A stretch of 64,000 nt of DNA from Paraspadella gotoi (lineage: Eukaryota; Animalia; Chaetognatha): NCBI GenBank assembly GCA_051294375.1, contig CM119267.1, positions 25,183,783-25,247,782 of the forward strand. Reading direction: 5' to 3'. A model generated the notes under the pieces. The model made no database searches and had not been told where the DNA came from. It was given only the letters and a program-made list of their open reading frames with translations. The translations under genes were made by a program, and so were the position numbers. Positions 1 through 12,079 of the stretch are shown here, one piece after another. Every line of letters starts with the position of its first letter. Within the stretch, counting starts at the first letter, position 1.

Positions 1-195
1 CACCACGTAGTCGGGCGGCGTCGTCGGATGCGTCTTCAATGGGCGGCGTTCGAGTTCGACAAGGCCGGGCGACGCCGAGGGCGCTGAAAGAGCGGGAGGG
101 GACGCGATCGGCGCGCTTCCGGTCTGACGCTTGTCTTTCGTGGCGATGATTCGTAAATAATCGATGGGATTTGATTTCCCTTTGCGCTCGTCCAT
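1..195 (-). CDS. 5' coding portion of an unidentified gene running off the window start (MDERKGKSNPIDYLRIIATKDKRQTGSAPIASPP...)
   Basis: ATG at 195, 65 open codons to the window edge, GC-rich composition like the other exons, AT-rich upstream; no family recognised. Confidence 0.5.
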   Translation of the reverse strand, partial: MDERKGKSNPIDYLRIIATKDKRQTGSAPIASPPALSAPSASPGLVELERRPLKTHPTTPPDYVV

Positions 196-2059
196 CTTTT
201 TGCAGCGAGATGAGTTTTTTTCCTCGAGGTTTAGACTTCAGTTCACTTAATATATAGTATATACGTAATATGGTACGTCTTCTTTTTCATAGAAATCATT
301 TTTTTAGAAATTTCCTTCCTCGTAATTCGTTGTCAACATCTGTTTCAATCGGGATTGAAATATAATTTGAATGAAAGAGCCCAAAAGAGACACGAGAAGA
401 ACACGAAAAATCATTGAGAGTGGGACACCTACATACAAGGATATGTCAAATGCAAAATTCTTAATAATACGTAATAATTCGCGAACGTTGTCAACCGTAA
501 TACTACAAGTATGAAGCAATACTAATATTAATAGTGGGATACATAGTATAGTTAATACTTAACGATGTAACGTTCGATCACGCTATATACTACTTATTTA
601 GTAATTTATACAAGTGGACTAAAGATTCCGGATTCGGAAAAAAAATCATGAAGTTATATCCTAATTACTATAGCCGAAAAAATTAATTTCTTCTCAAATA
701 ATAAAAATAAGATTATTGCTTTCATTTTATTGGTCGCGTGACACATAATTTCGGTACATTAATTGATCTGTTTAGTGTTTACAGTAAACATTTGAGGCAA
801 TTAGTCAAAAATCAAATATTTATTCATTAACTATGAAAGATTTTGTGACCTCGCGTCCATTCATTTTTCCCTGGACATTTCAGTTGACCTTTTTAGACCA
901 GTCTTTTCACGAAAACCTCGTCACTTGTTATTCGATCAGAATCATTTTTAAAGGAAAGATCGGCCGTCTGGAACCGTAGTTTTTACGGATTCCAAGGATT
1001 TATTACAAACATTTCTTTGACATTTCATTGATTTGCCATGTATTTATATCTACAAAAATACAAATAATTCACGATTTATTCTATATTTCTCGACGTTTTC
1101 ATAACGCTTCGAGATTTAGTAAGCTCCGACTGCCGACGCCTCGAACTCGCGACCCCATTGGCATAGAAAATACAAAAGAATTTCTACAAACTATTAATTA
1201 TGTTACATTTAGCCAAAATGATAATTAATGGGATTAAGACTTTTTTTTCTTTATTAAATTATTAGTTGTCTATAAAATTTATTAAAGAATTAAAGTAAAA
1301 AATTGATATTCTCACCAAACCACTTTTAAATTGTTACGAAGACTACTATTACTAATAATAGTATTATTCTAGTAAGATTTTGTTTAAAAACTGGCGAAAT
1401 TTTACCTTGTTTTAATTTGACTTTTGTGATCAAAGTTGAAGGTGATTCAACACATTATCACCCAAACCAGAGATGTGGAAGCGATCGATTTTCCACCGCT
1501 GCCAATCCGGCGCTTCCCAAGACCCCTCACGCTCCCGTTTTCAGGTGCAATCCTTACTTTTTTAGACCGGATCGCTTTCGGTTTCGAGTGCACATCGCTT
1601 CCTTCCTTTAGAAATTTTACATTTGATATTATTTATAAAAATACTCTTTAGACATATAATTTATTGGTAGAATAATTTTAAGCAATCATTTTTGTTAACA
1701 TATGATAAGTGAAATTTTAATTAAACTTGTCTCAATTTTTTAAAGTCTTTTACTATGAAAAATTGTAAGATTTGTAAGATTGTAAAAATTGTCCGAGTGG
1801 AAATGAGTTTAAATGGAAAAAACAAAAAACCTGTTTCCCTATTTGCTTATGCTTTTTTCTTTTTAATTAAATGTAAATGCAAGCTGCATTAATTATTCAA
1901 TTAATTAATTAATTAATCAATTAACAAATCAACTAATCAATCAAAAAATTAATGATTCAATTTTTTTATCAATCAATCAATCAATTAATTTATCAATCAA
2001 CTAATTAATCAATTGAAGAGACAGTAATTATTGATAAGTGTTAATGACAGAACCGTTCA

Positions 2060-2212
2060 ATATAAGCAGTCCCTGAGCTTCGGATCAGGCTGTAACACCA
2101 TGTTACAGGCGGGTTAAGCGCCCCGTCCCTCTTAACTGCCAGACGACCACCGGGCTAGAACCCCGGACCTTTGGGTTGGGAGGCGAATGACTTGCCTCCG
2201 GCACCAATGGCC
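2060..2212 (-). mobile_element. tRNA-derived SINE-like element (tRNA-Gly-like head)
   Basis: Minus strand GGCCATTGGTGCCGGAGG...TCGCCTCCCAA...GGTTCTAGCCCGG: degenerate A box, B box and CCC anticodon-like loop, followed by a non-tRNA GC-rich body. Confidence 0.5.
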
Positions 2213-4389
2213 GTTGATGAATGGTTGGTGGATTTTAGTCCACCATACAATTTATTTTTCAATAAATTGTTAAAAAAACTAATTAATTAATCAAACAATT
2301 ATCATTGTCATCTCCAACGTCGTTATTGCTTTTGTCTTGGTTAGTGACTTGACAAGCAGATCTAAAAACTAACAGGCCTGATATGAATTTCATTTAATTG
2401 ATCAATCAATCATTCAATTAATCATGACGGTGTTATCCACATCGTCATCATCTTGGTCGTCATTTCTTTTGTCAAAATAAAAAGACAAAATGACAAACAA
2501 TTTTGAGCAAATAATGCCAGAACTGATCAGTTAATTAATTATTCAATCAATTAATCAAATAATCAATCAATCAATAAAAAATCAAGCAATCAATCAATTT
2601 GTCATCCTCTGTGTTATCATTGTCATGGTCGACATCATTAATTATTTAATTAATTAATTAATTGGAATTTTTTCATAATGTTTCCGGTGACTCAAACGAG
2701 AATTTGTAGAAAAATTTGAGGCATATTTTTTGTGATAAAGAAAAAACGTGTATTATCAAAAACAGTAAAAGAGCAAAAATGATAAAAATAATAACAACAA
2801 CTAGTTTTTACATTGGCTGAAAAAAGGTCAGCCATACAAGGTCATTTATGTTCGGGTAAGAACAGGTTATTCTTATTGACCACTATGGTACTACGAGTCA
2901 CAAAGTACAAAGACTTCATCGTCATCTTCGTTATTGTATTTGTCGTCGTCGTCGTCGTCGTCGTCTTTGTTCAAATCATTTGAGCTCCCAAATGTTTGAT
3001 GTTATTATTTTAATTAATCAATGTGTAATTAATTAAATAATTTATTATTTTTCAACTAATTAATTAATTAATTACCGCTAATGATCGTGGGCAGATTCGG
3101 CATTCTTTGATCTAACTTGTTTATTAATAATTTTGATTTATTTTATATATAATCTTTTTATTTACTTTTTTGTTCAGTGCGAGAGGGGAAAAAAAGAAAG
3201 AAGATAAAAAAGAGGGAGAGAGAGTGTGTTAGAGCACAATATCATGCAATATTGCCAATAAAACAGATTAATCATTTTTGTCCAAACTTGTTTTTAACTT
3301 GAAAAACCTTATGGATTTTAAAAAAGTAGACTTAAATTTAAAAAAAAACAAAAAAATTAAAAAAATAAAATTTTTTGTTTTATAGAACAAAAGTTTAATT
3401 TATATTAACTTATAATTACAGTTTTTTTTTCAGACAGAAAAAATCTTTTGTTCAGCTCTGATTTTATTTCAATATATTAATAAGAATAATTTTTAAAAAA
3501 ATATGTATTTTTTTTCATAGATTCTCGACCAAAGAGGAAGAGAGAATGAAAGAAAACCAAAAAATAAAAGAAAAGAATAAGAAAAAGTGAATAAAAAAAT
3601 TAAGAGCAAACTATTTTAAATGTTGAAAATAAATGTTAAAAATAATCCTTTATTCTCAATTTTTTTATCGCTCACGGTTTCGGGTTCTTCAAAAATCGGC
3701 CGCTTCCACAGTGTTCGCTTACGCTTTCCGGATCGCGTCCACATCTCTGACCCAAACCAAGAACTATTACGCATTTTTAGCTTAGGTAGACGAGCATTAA
3801 TACTAGTCTTTAATTATCAATATTCTTTGGCTTGCAACGAACGCTGGATGTTAGAAAGGCTTTAATTTATAGTTTTAATTGCACTTTTATTATAAAAGAA
3901 ATATAGAAACTAATACTACGATTAAGCTATCCATAATTGACTAAGGCACTTTATTCTCGTCAAGATATTCCGTTATAACCCTTGAACAACCAATTCGATT
4001 GATATCATTTACCAACGATGAATTCCATACTTGGATAAAAATCAGCCAAAATTAAAATCGATGGTGGGACATCTGTTTTTATAGAAACGGTCAAGTGTGT
4101 AAATTATTTAAAAAATCACAAAGGCACAATACGCAAAAGATGAAGCAATAATACCAATACAGAAAATCTTAAATAGGCACACTTTTTATTGGTTTGACGC
4201 GCGTTTATTTAGTGTTTCAGCGCCTCTTGTTATAAAAACAAAAAATGATCGCGAAAATGAATTTAGCTGGTGAATTTGTTAATAACGCGTTCGAAGAGGC
4301 GGGAAAAGAGAGAGGGCTGGGATTGAGACGGAGCGTCTTTAGAAACATGGAGGAGAGAAAGAGAGAAAAAGAGAAAAAGAGAAAAAAGG

Positions 4390-7300
4390 TCACCGCGATC
4401 GCAAAATGAGTTTTTCGTCGATCTCGACCGTAACTTTTGTGAAAAGCTTCGATCTGTCAAGTTTAGAGACTTTGTATTGGAGACTGTTAAGACCGTCGTT
4501 CTCCATGCGTCGTTTGCCGGTTCTGAGATAGTGAAAGCGTTCGGGGTTCCCTTGTTCCTTTTTGTGCGTCAACATCGAATATCGAGCGACGCTAATTGGA
4601 TATCGAATCAGTTTGTATCCCTTCGAGGTGATCCTGACCAAAATGTTATGTACAGTTATGTACAGAATGTTAGGTAATATATACAGCATTTTCTATTTCG
4701 GTACCCCAAAAATGATCTCAAAATTATATTCCATTCCTCCTAACCGATCGTTCCATCCATCGCTCAATACTTCATTTAAGTAGTAAGTAGAAAGGAATTT
4801 CAATATTTCAATAGAAATCCAAAATCCCGTCTCAAATCATTCCAGAATGTTTTTACTCTTCCAGAATCCTCTTCCGAAATCCTTTTCTCTGTTTCTGCGT
4901 TTTATTCATCTGCGATGACAAAAGCATTACGCAACATCTCTGGGTAATAATCTGCCTAAGCTATCTATCAAATAATCTATCAATTAAAAATTCTTTTTTC
5001 AGAAGCGACTTCTCGAAAATGACATGATCTCCAACCACACAGCACAGATTATTGTCAAAGACGCCACCAATTAGCTTAAAATCGAAATTGTGACGTGAGC
5101 GTCATTTGAGCCTCGATCTCGCCTGTTGTACAGATCGTCGTCCTCGCCGCCCCATCCGAAGAATTTGTTAGAGAATCCGTTAATGTTTTGGAACTGTTGG
5201 GTGGTGAGAGCGGAGACGCCGCCGAAGATGGTGGTGTAGGGCAGCTTGTAGTTCATGGTGTCGACGGCGACGCTCATGTGTCGAGGCTGTGACGGACACG
5301 AGTAGACGTTGTGATCGTTTTCCGGGATGAGGTCGACGTCGTGAAAGACGAAGCACGCCCAGGCGCGGTCCTGAGTAGGGAGTGGCAAGTTGGTGAAAAA
5401 CAGTATCTTGAGAATATGTGATATAACTTTATATAAAATTATATATAAAATTATATATAAAATTTATATACAACCAATATAAAAAATCTTAAAAACATAA
5501 GGATCGTCGCAATCGCGTAAGAAAAATCTGGATTGACGACAAATTTTGATACGACACGATGAAAGTTAGCGTGGCATAGTGTATGCAGCCATAAAAAAAA
5601 TCAGTGATTAAAGTCGTTATCTCTGAATAGGTTATATGAAACATCATGGTTTTCTTCATATATGAAAAAAAAATCAATGCAACATAATATTTAGTAGTTA
5701 GGATATGACTAAATATAGGATAATGAAAAAAATTAATATATAAATTTTTTTTTCTTATAATAGTCCAATTCTATAAACCATTTTATCCGTTTATCTGTCC
5801 AGCCTTCATATCTTGTTGGTAAATTACTTGGTTTATCTTAGAATACTGATTTATAAAAATTTATCCAAAAAAATTGAATCCTTCCCTCTTTCCATACATT
5901 TATTTGTTTGTCCATCCATCTGTAATTTTAACCTATCATTACACTTGAGTAAATTGATGGATTGATCTTAAATTTTGTGTGTGGCCAGAAAAGAGGTTGA
6001 TTGAGCTTAATCTTAAGTTTGGACAAAATTATTCTGTTAAAAATTAATTTAAATAAAAAAAATAAAAAATAATTTTAACTATTTTTTTTTCGTTTTAAAA
6101 AGTAAAAATATATAATAACAATAACAACAATAATAAGTATAAACATAATAAAAACAATGACTCTTTCTTTTTCTCACTCAATATCCCTCTTTATTTTTCT
6201 ATCTTTCTCTCTCTCAATCTATTTCTCGTTTTCCTTTTTGATCTCTCATTCTTAACTTACCTTTTCTCCAAGCTCCTTACTTTTTATACTTTTACCATTC
6301 CAATTCATCTCCTCTATCTTTATACATTCATGTGAGCTTTGTTTTATTCATAAAAGTATAAATATTAATAAAAGAATATTAAATCTTTTTTTAAAAATCA
6401 GAAAAAAATGAACTGACCTATGCTCATTGAGAATTTTATTTCTACTCTAAAATAAAAGATATATAAAAAAAAATCAGATTGTAGCAAAATCAAATAACTA
6501 GATTTTTTTGAAAATTCAAAATTTGTTCTCTATTTCCAGATCTAAAATTCTCAATGCTCAAAATGTTTTTTTCCTATTTTTTTTAAGAAATAAAAATGTT
6601 TATGGTATAGAAGTTGTAGTCCGAACTGTTTCAAAATATACACATATGATTACAATAACATGACTTAACTCAAAATGTTTTCCTTATTCTTTGCCTCAAC
6701 ACAGGAGGAATACAATAAAAAAAAGTCAAATCTTGAAAAAGTGAAAAAAAATTTGTCATTTTAGTTTTCAAATTGATTGATCTAAAACTTATATTTTCCA
6801 AATTCAAAATTATGAAATAATGGATCAGAGAGTAAGATCTTTTTTTTAGCTATTATTTGGTATATAATTATACTCATTTTTAATATTTTTTGGATCTATA
6901 GTTTAACTGACAAATCAAAGAGTACAAAATTTTGTCATAGAATTTCGCCACCACGAGTCTGCTTCTTACTGCCTTTTTACTAATTTTCCCTTTTTTGTAG
7001 ATAAGTGAGGGTTATGGTAAATATAAAGGAGGTTTGGTAGAACCAAACGCGTGCGGTATTATTAATATAAAGCTTCAAATTTGGCTCACAAATAAAGAAA
7101 TATGCTAAAAATTTGCATGGGTAGGTTTCGCCACTAAAAAAATAAAATTTGAGAAAAGAAAATTTCATTGACAATGAAAAAGTTTTTTTTTTTTGCGATA
7201 ATCAATTAAAAAAAAATAATAAAGTACCGAGGAAAATTTAAGTTACAGTTTCTGAAAAAAAAAGGAAAACAAAATTTCATTGTCAAAAAATAAACTGATC

Positions 7301-8803
7301 AGCAGACGAAGCCTCCGAGAAAAAAAAACTGCGGAAAAGAGAGAGAGAGAGCTACATATAATTAAAAGAGAAAAGAGAGAGAGAAGGAGACATGATAAAA
7401 TAGAGGATATTTATTTGTTTTGATAAAACGTAAACAAAACATATTTAATAACTGTCCTGACCCAATTTTAATGACATCAATGATGATTTTTCATTAATGA
7501 CTTTCAAACAGGAATGATGCGTGATATCTGTGGATAAGGCGCTAAGAGGGCTGAAGATGACTATCCGTAACTTCTTTAACCCCCTCTAGCAGCTATGGAA
7601 TGGGTCCTGGGCTTGGAACCAGGATTGAGGGTTTTCCACATCCTCAAGGCGGCTTACGGGCGTCCTCACACTTCCTGCAGGGTAGGTACCGGGTTGGGAT
7701 TGAACCCGGTACCTAGTGGTTATGAGCTGATGGTTTTATTCAATAAGCCACCAATTAAATAAGATAGATCAAATAGTCAAACATTCATAAAATATAAAAA
7801 TATAAGGTCGTGTAACAAGTAATTTTGTAAACTTTCTTAACTTTATTCTTTAACTCACTTTCATCGCCTCCACGAATCCGATGTTCATCAGCATGGCCCG
7901 GTTAAACTTTGACCCAACCGCCTGATCGACCACGTAGACGGCGAACTCGAGCTGCTGTCGCTTCAACATCGGAACGAGGTTGTTGAGGAAAATGTGAAGA
8001 TGTTCCTCGCGGTCGCGAAAGGGAATGACGATGGCCACGCGGTGGCGGGCGAGGCAGTTGGGAGGACGAAAAACGCTGATGATTTTGGGAAAAATGAACA
8101 AATAATTTGAAATTATACTATGCTATACTCCAAATAATCCACTATTTGCCATTTGGTGTCGGATAGAATCTCTCGCGTCTTTGCTGAACGTTTTTGCTAA
8201 AGACTCAATTCTATCAAAACGTCTTTAAATGGCATCAGTCGCTGCGGATGTCCCTGTACCGGGGTGTAACGTGACTCACCCGCCTGTCGCCATTCCATCC
8301 CCGTGCTTCCTTTCAACCTCCTCCAAGGAGATTCTCTCCTTCATGACGCGGAGCCCCCCGACGAGATGAGGCGACCTCTCAGGGCAGAGGGAAAGCGAAG
8401 CGGTTGCGTTTGAAGAGGAGGGAGAGGAAGAGGGAGAAGAAGAAGAAGAATTTGAAGTGAATGATGATGATGATAATGATGATAATGATAGTGATGACGA
8501 TGAGAGTTTCTGTCGACTAGAGACGACGGGTAGATGAGACGTCATCAAAGTCGTCGCTTTGTTGGTGGAGGCCTCGCCCACTCTAACAGCTCCGATAGTC
8601 GCGGGTTTGCCCTCTTCGGCCCGCGTCCCCTTCTGCTCTTCTCTCGTGACGTGTTTCGAAGTCGGGAGGCCGGGCATGAGACGGGCACCGAAGACGAAAT
8701 ATTCGTAGACGACGAGAGAAACGAGCACCAAAGTTAAGGAGACGGTCAGCGCCTCCTTCAGACTCCCGCAAGGACGGAGACGAATGTTTTTTATAAATTT
8801 CAT
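4390..8803 (-). CDS. Beta-1,4-N-acetylgalactosaminyltransferase / beta-1,4-galactosyltransferase (GT7, bre-4-like), paralog 1
   Basis: Exons 8803-8280, 8075-7859, 5370-5123, 4633-4390 splice in frame. N-terminal TM, Ser-rich stem, motifs VAIVIPFRDR, FNRAMLMNIG, FHDVDLIP, FGGVSAL, GWGGEDDD, DGLNSL. Intron 3 has a GC donor. Confidence 0.93.
5553..7134. mobile_element. Non-autonomous TIR element with GACACGATG(A/C)AAGTTA(G/A)CGTGGC termini, inserted in a DINE-like element
   Basis: Body shared with 13819-14490 and ~51893-54597. Left end GACACGATGAAAGTTAGCGTGGC is the reverse complement of GCCACGTTAACTTGCATCGTGTC at 54575-54597. Flanks rejoin as the DINE-like sequence ttttgatac|taaaaa. Confidence 0.7.
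7490..7752 (-). mobile_element. tRNA-derived SINE-like element (tRNA-Met-like head)
   Basis: Minus strand GGTGGCTTATTGAATAAAACCATCAGCTCATAACCACTAGGTACCGGGTTCAATCCC: A box, CTCATAA loop and B box, then ~200 bp GC-rich body; lies inside an intron. Confidence 0.55.
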
Positions 8804-9541
8804 CGTCGTCTTTGTTGTTGTTGTTGCGAATCAGAGGACGCGGGTTTGATTTTATGATTTAAAGAGGAGATTGTCACTTTTCTGCCTTTGCTTTGATTCC
8901 TCAAGTATTCCGTCTTTATCATCAAATTTCATGGCGACTTTTTTTTTGAAAACTTTTGAGGACTAAAGATTTAATGCCTAACGTGGGCGAGATAATTAAG
9001 CCTCTTCGACGGCGGGGAGATATATAGTTTTTTATTTCCCTTTTCAAGCGCGTTTTTACATGGTGTCGTTTTTAAGGCACTCGTTAGTGTTCATCCTTTT
9101 ACGGTTATAACGAATTAACACATTATAAACTTATCACAAAATATCTACTGAGAGAAAAATATAAAAATGCTGAGTTTGGCAACAAAAAAAAAGAAGCTTC
9201 TATCGCCGTCGAGTCATAAAACAAAAACAACAAAAAAGCAATAAAAATAAAATATCAGTTTAAAAATGAAAAAAAATGTTAAAATTATAAAAATATAAAA
9301 CGATCAAAAATTTATTTTGGGACAAAAAAAAAGAAGTAAACTAATGAGTAATAAAATCTCGAACCTCGAATCTCCAGCTTTAATTGGGGGGCGAGGGTGG
9401 GAGAAAAGTTCGGCTACTGTAAGCCGACGAGACAATAGACTATACTATAGGCTATAAGCTATAAAATATAGGCTATAAAATAAAAAAATGAGTATCTTAT
9501 GCGAAAATACTATTAGCAACAGACAAAAGTGTTGAACCAAA

Positions 9542-9898
9542 AATTTATGGATTCTTCATGGTTCTTCCCCACCAACAAATGAGCATCTGCTCAGCAAACG
9601 CAACATCTCCCGAGAGAAAAACGAAAGAGGAATCCTCCTCTTCCCCTCCTCTTCTCTTCCCCCTCACCTCCACTACCTCAGTGCGCAACCACAAGACAGA
9701 ATCACTCGTAACTTCCGGTGAAGCGCCACGCCCACTTGACTGGACGACGTAGAAGGGGGGATGAGAAGCCGCAAAAACAAGTCGGCGTCCCTGGAGCCCC
9801 ACCCCTACGCAAGGAGATCCTCTTTCGTTTTTCTCTCGGGAGATGTGTTTGCTGAGCAGATGCTCCTTTGTTGGTGGGGAAGAACTACATGATAGAAT
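9542..9898. mobile_element. Miniature DIRS-derived element (mostly ITRs)
   Basis: Ends AATTTATGG-ATTCTTCATGGTTCTTCCCCACCAAC... and ...GTTGGTGGGGAAGAACTACATGATAGAAT match the termini of the 45576-48720 element; ~80-bp inverted repeat. Confidence 0.75.
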
Positions 9899-10046
9899 AC
9901 GTAGGTAGGTTTACGATAATTTGTCACTTTCTTCGTCTAGGAACAATTTTGAATGAATGCAATCATTTCAATGATATGAATTACAAATTATACGTAATCA
10001 TTCATTCATCATATTCATTCCTTCAAAACTTTCTACAATTCCCAAC

Positions 10047-11865
10047 TCAAGCTCCACCGGGCCACAACCACCACCCGCTCCCGTAAGTCTTGGTCACGGC
10101 CCGTTCGTCGAAATAGACCGAGATCCTGGTGTAGAGTTTTCGTCGCTCCTTTTTCAGGAGGCTATACTGGAGCGAGTTGAGACCGTCGCGCTCCATGCGC
10201 CGCTGTCCGCCGCGGATCAATCGATGTCTCTCCGGATTGGCCGCCGCCTGCTTATGTCGCACCATGGTGTAACGCGCAATCTTCATGGGGTAACGTAGGA
10301 TACGTAAGCCTTTTCGGGAGGCACGTCCGAAAAGGTCATCGTCCTCGCCGCCCCAACCAAAAAAGACGTTAGAAAAACCGTTGACTGCCTGTGAGAGAGA
10401 GAGAGAGAGAGAAAAAGAGAGAAAAAAAGAAAGAAAGAGAGAGAAAGAAAGAAAGAGTGAGAAAAGAAGAAAACAGAATTTTGGCGATAAAAGAGCAAGA
10501 GTTGCCCACCTCGAAGTCGGCTTTCGAGAAGGCGGTGACTCCGCCGAAGATGTTCCTGTAGGGAAGTTTGTAGTCGAGGACGTCAACGGCGGCGCTCATG
10601 TGTCGCGGCGACGCCGGACACGAGTAAAGGTTGAAGTCGATCTCCGGGAGTAAATCGACGTCGTGGAAGACGAAGCACTGCCAGTCCGCGTCCAGACTGG
10701 CCTCTTTAAATCTGGAGGATGATGAAAGTTAAAGTTAATTTGAACGATGGACGTTAAATATTTAAGGGAATGTACTACAACTAAAAATTTAACAACTTGC
10801 AATTTCCAGCAAAAGGAATTGAAGCCTCCGACTACTGTTGCGGTTAGAATCCAGAATATTCAATGAATCTTTATTTAAATAAGACAATCAATGAATGAAT
10901 TAAATCCACAAATGTTTATGCGGATTTCCACAATGATTTAATCGAGATTCCACAAGAGTTTGTTCCTGACACTCAACACTCGTACCCGATATTCATGAGC
11001 ATGGCCCGGTTGAACCGAACTCCCTTGGCGAGTTCGACCACATATATCGCGAAATGCAGCTGCTGATTTTTGAGGAAAGGCATCATGTGATCGAGGAAGA
11101 TGTTGAGATGATCCTCGCGGTCGCGGAAGGGAATGATGACGGCGACGCGGTGACGAGAGGAGCAGAGCGGAGGACGAAAGAATCCGCCGGGGAGAACGTC
11201 GCCCGAGTTTTTCTCTTCCACTCGCCGAATGTCCTGCGAGCGTTCAAGCCTTATTTTCCTTTTATTTTTATTGTAAAATTCTGCCTTAACTTGATTACTT
11301 CTAGCAATCGAATCGCTCGCTGATCTGAGCAGCAATTCGCCATAGAAAAAAAATCATTTTCCTTCGCACCTTTTTCGTAGTGTCTCCGGCCACCCAGCCA
11401 GACGTTTAAGAAAATCGCTTCCTTTCGCACCTTTTTCGTAGTGTCAACGGCCACCCAGCCGACGAGATCGGGGGGCGTCTCCGGACAAACGGTCAGCCCG
11501 CTCTTTCTGGCGCTGGCCGCCTGAGAAGTGGGAGCGAAGGAGGTTGTGGTGAGTAGAGGAGATGAGTGTTGAAGAGTGACCGACTGTCGGGTTGAGAATG
11601 AAGATGACGTGCGCCTCACTTCATTGGTCCGAGTGTTAGTTTTTTTCCGGCACAAAAATTCTGTCAGTGTCGTCGTCGTCATCTCCCTTCTCCGGACTCT
11701 CGTTCTCCCTTCCAACTCCTCGTCCACTTTCACTTTCTTTTTTCTTCCTTCTTCCGTCTCGTCGATAACGGATAACGATCGAAGAGCGAGGAGGAAAAGG
11801 AAGAGGAGAAGGAGAATGAAAAAGATCGAAAGACGGACGTCAGTTGCGTGGCTTCGAATCAACAT
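10047..11865 (-). CDS. Beta-1,4-N-acetylgalactosaminyltransferase / beta-1,4-galactosyltransferase (GT7), paralog 2
   Basis: Exons 11865-11431, 11233-10986, 10711-10510, 10388-10047 with GT-AG introns in frame. TM segment, VAVIIPFRDR, FNRAMLMNIG, FHDVDL, IFGGV, GWGGEDDD, DGLNSL. Confidence 0.93.
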
Positions 11866-12079
11866 GACCGACGAGCCAAGTACTTTTTTTTTGTCTCCTT
11901 TTCCTCACGATTTGTGATTTTTAGCTTTGTGAAACCTTTGCATATTTTTGTTCGAAGGAAAAAAGACTAAAAGATTCACGTACTCTTAACTTAGTCCAAT
12001 TTAACAAGTTAAAAACCCAAAAATATCGGTTAACAGTGACAACGATGGTAACAAACAAAATCAAAATCTATCATAAGCA

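Noticed and set aside
2060-7752. Functional tRNA-Gly and tRNA-Met genes
   Set aside because: Stems do not pair into a full cloverleaf and the sequences continue into SINE-like bodies
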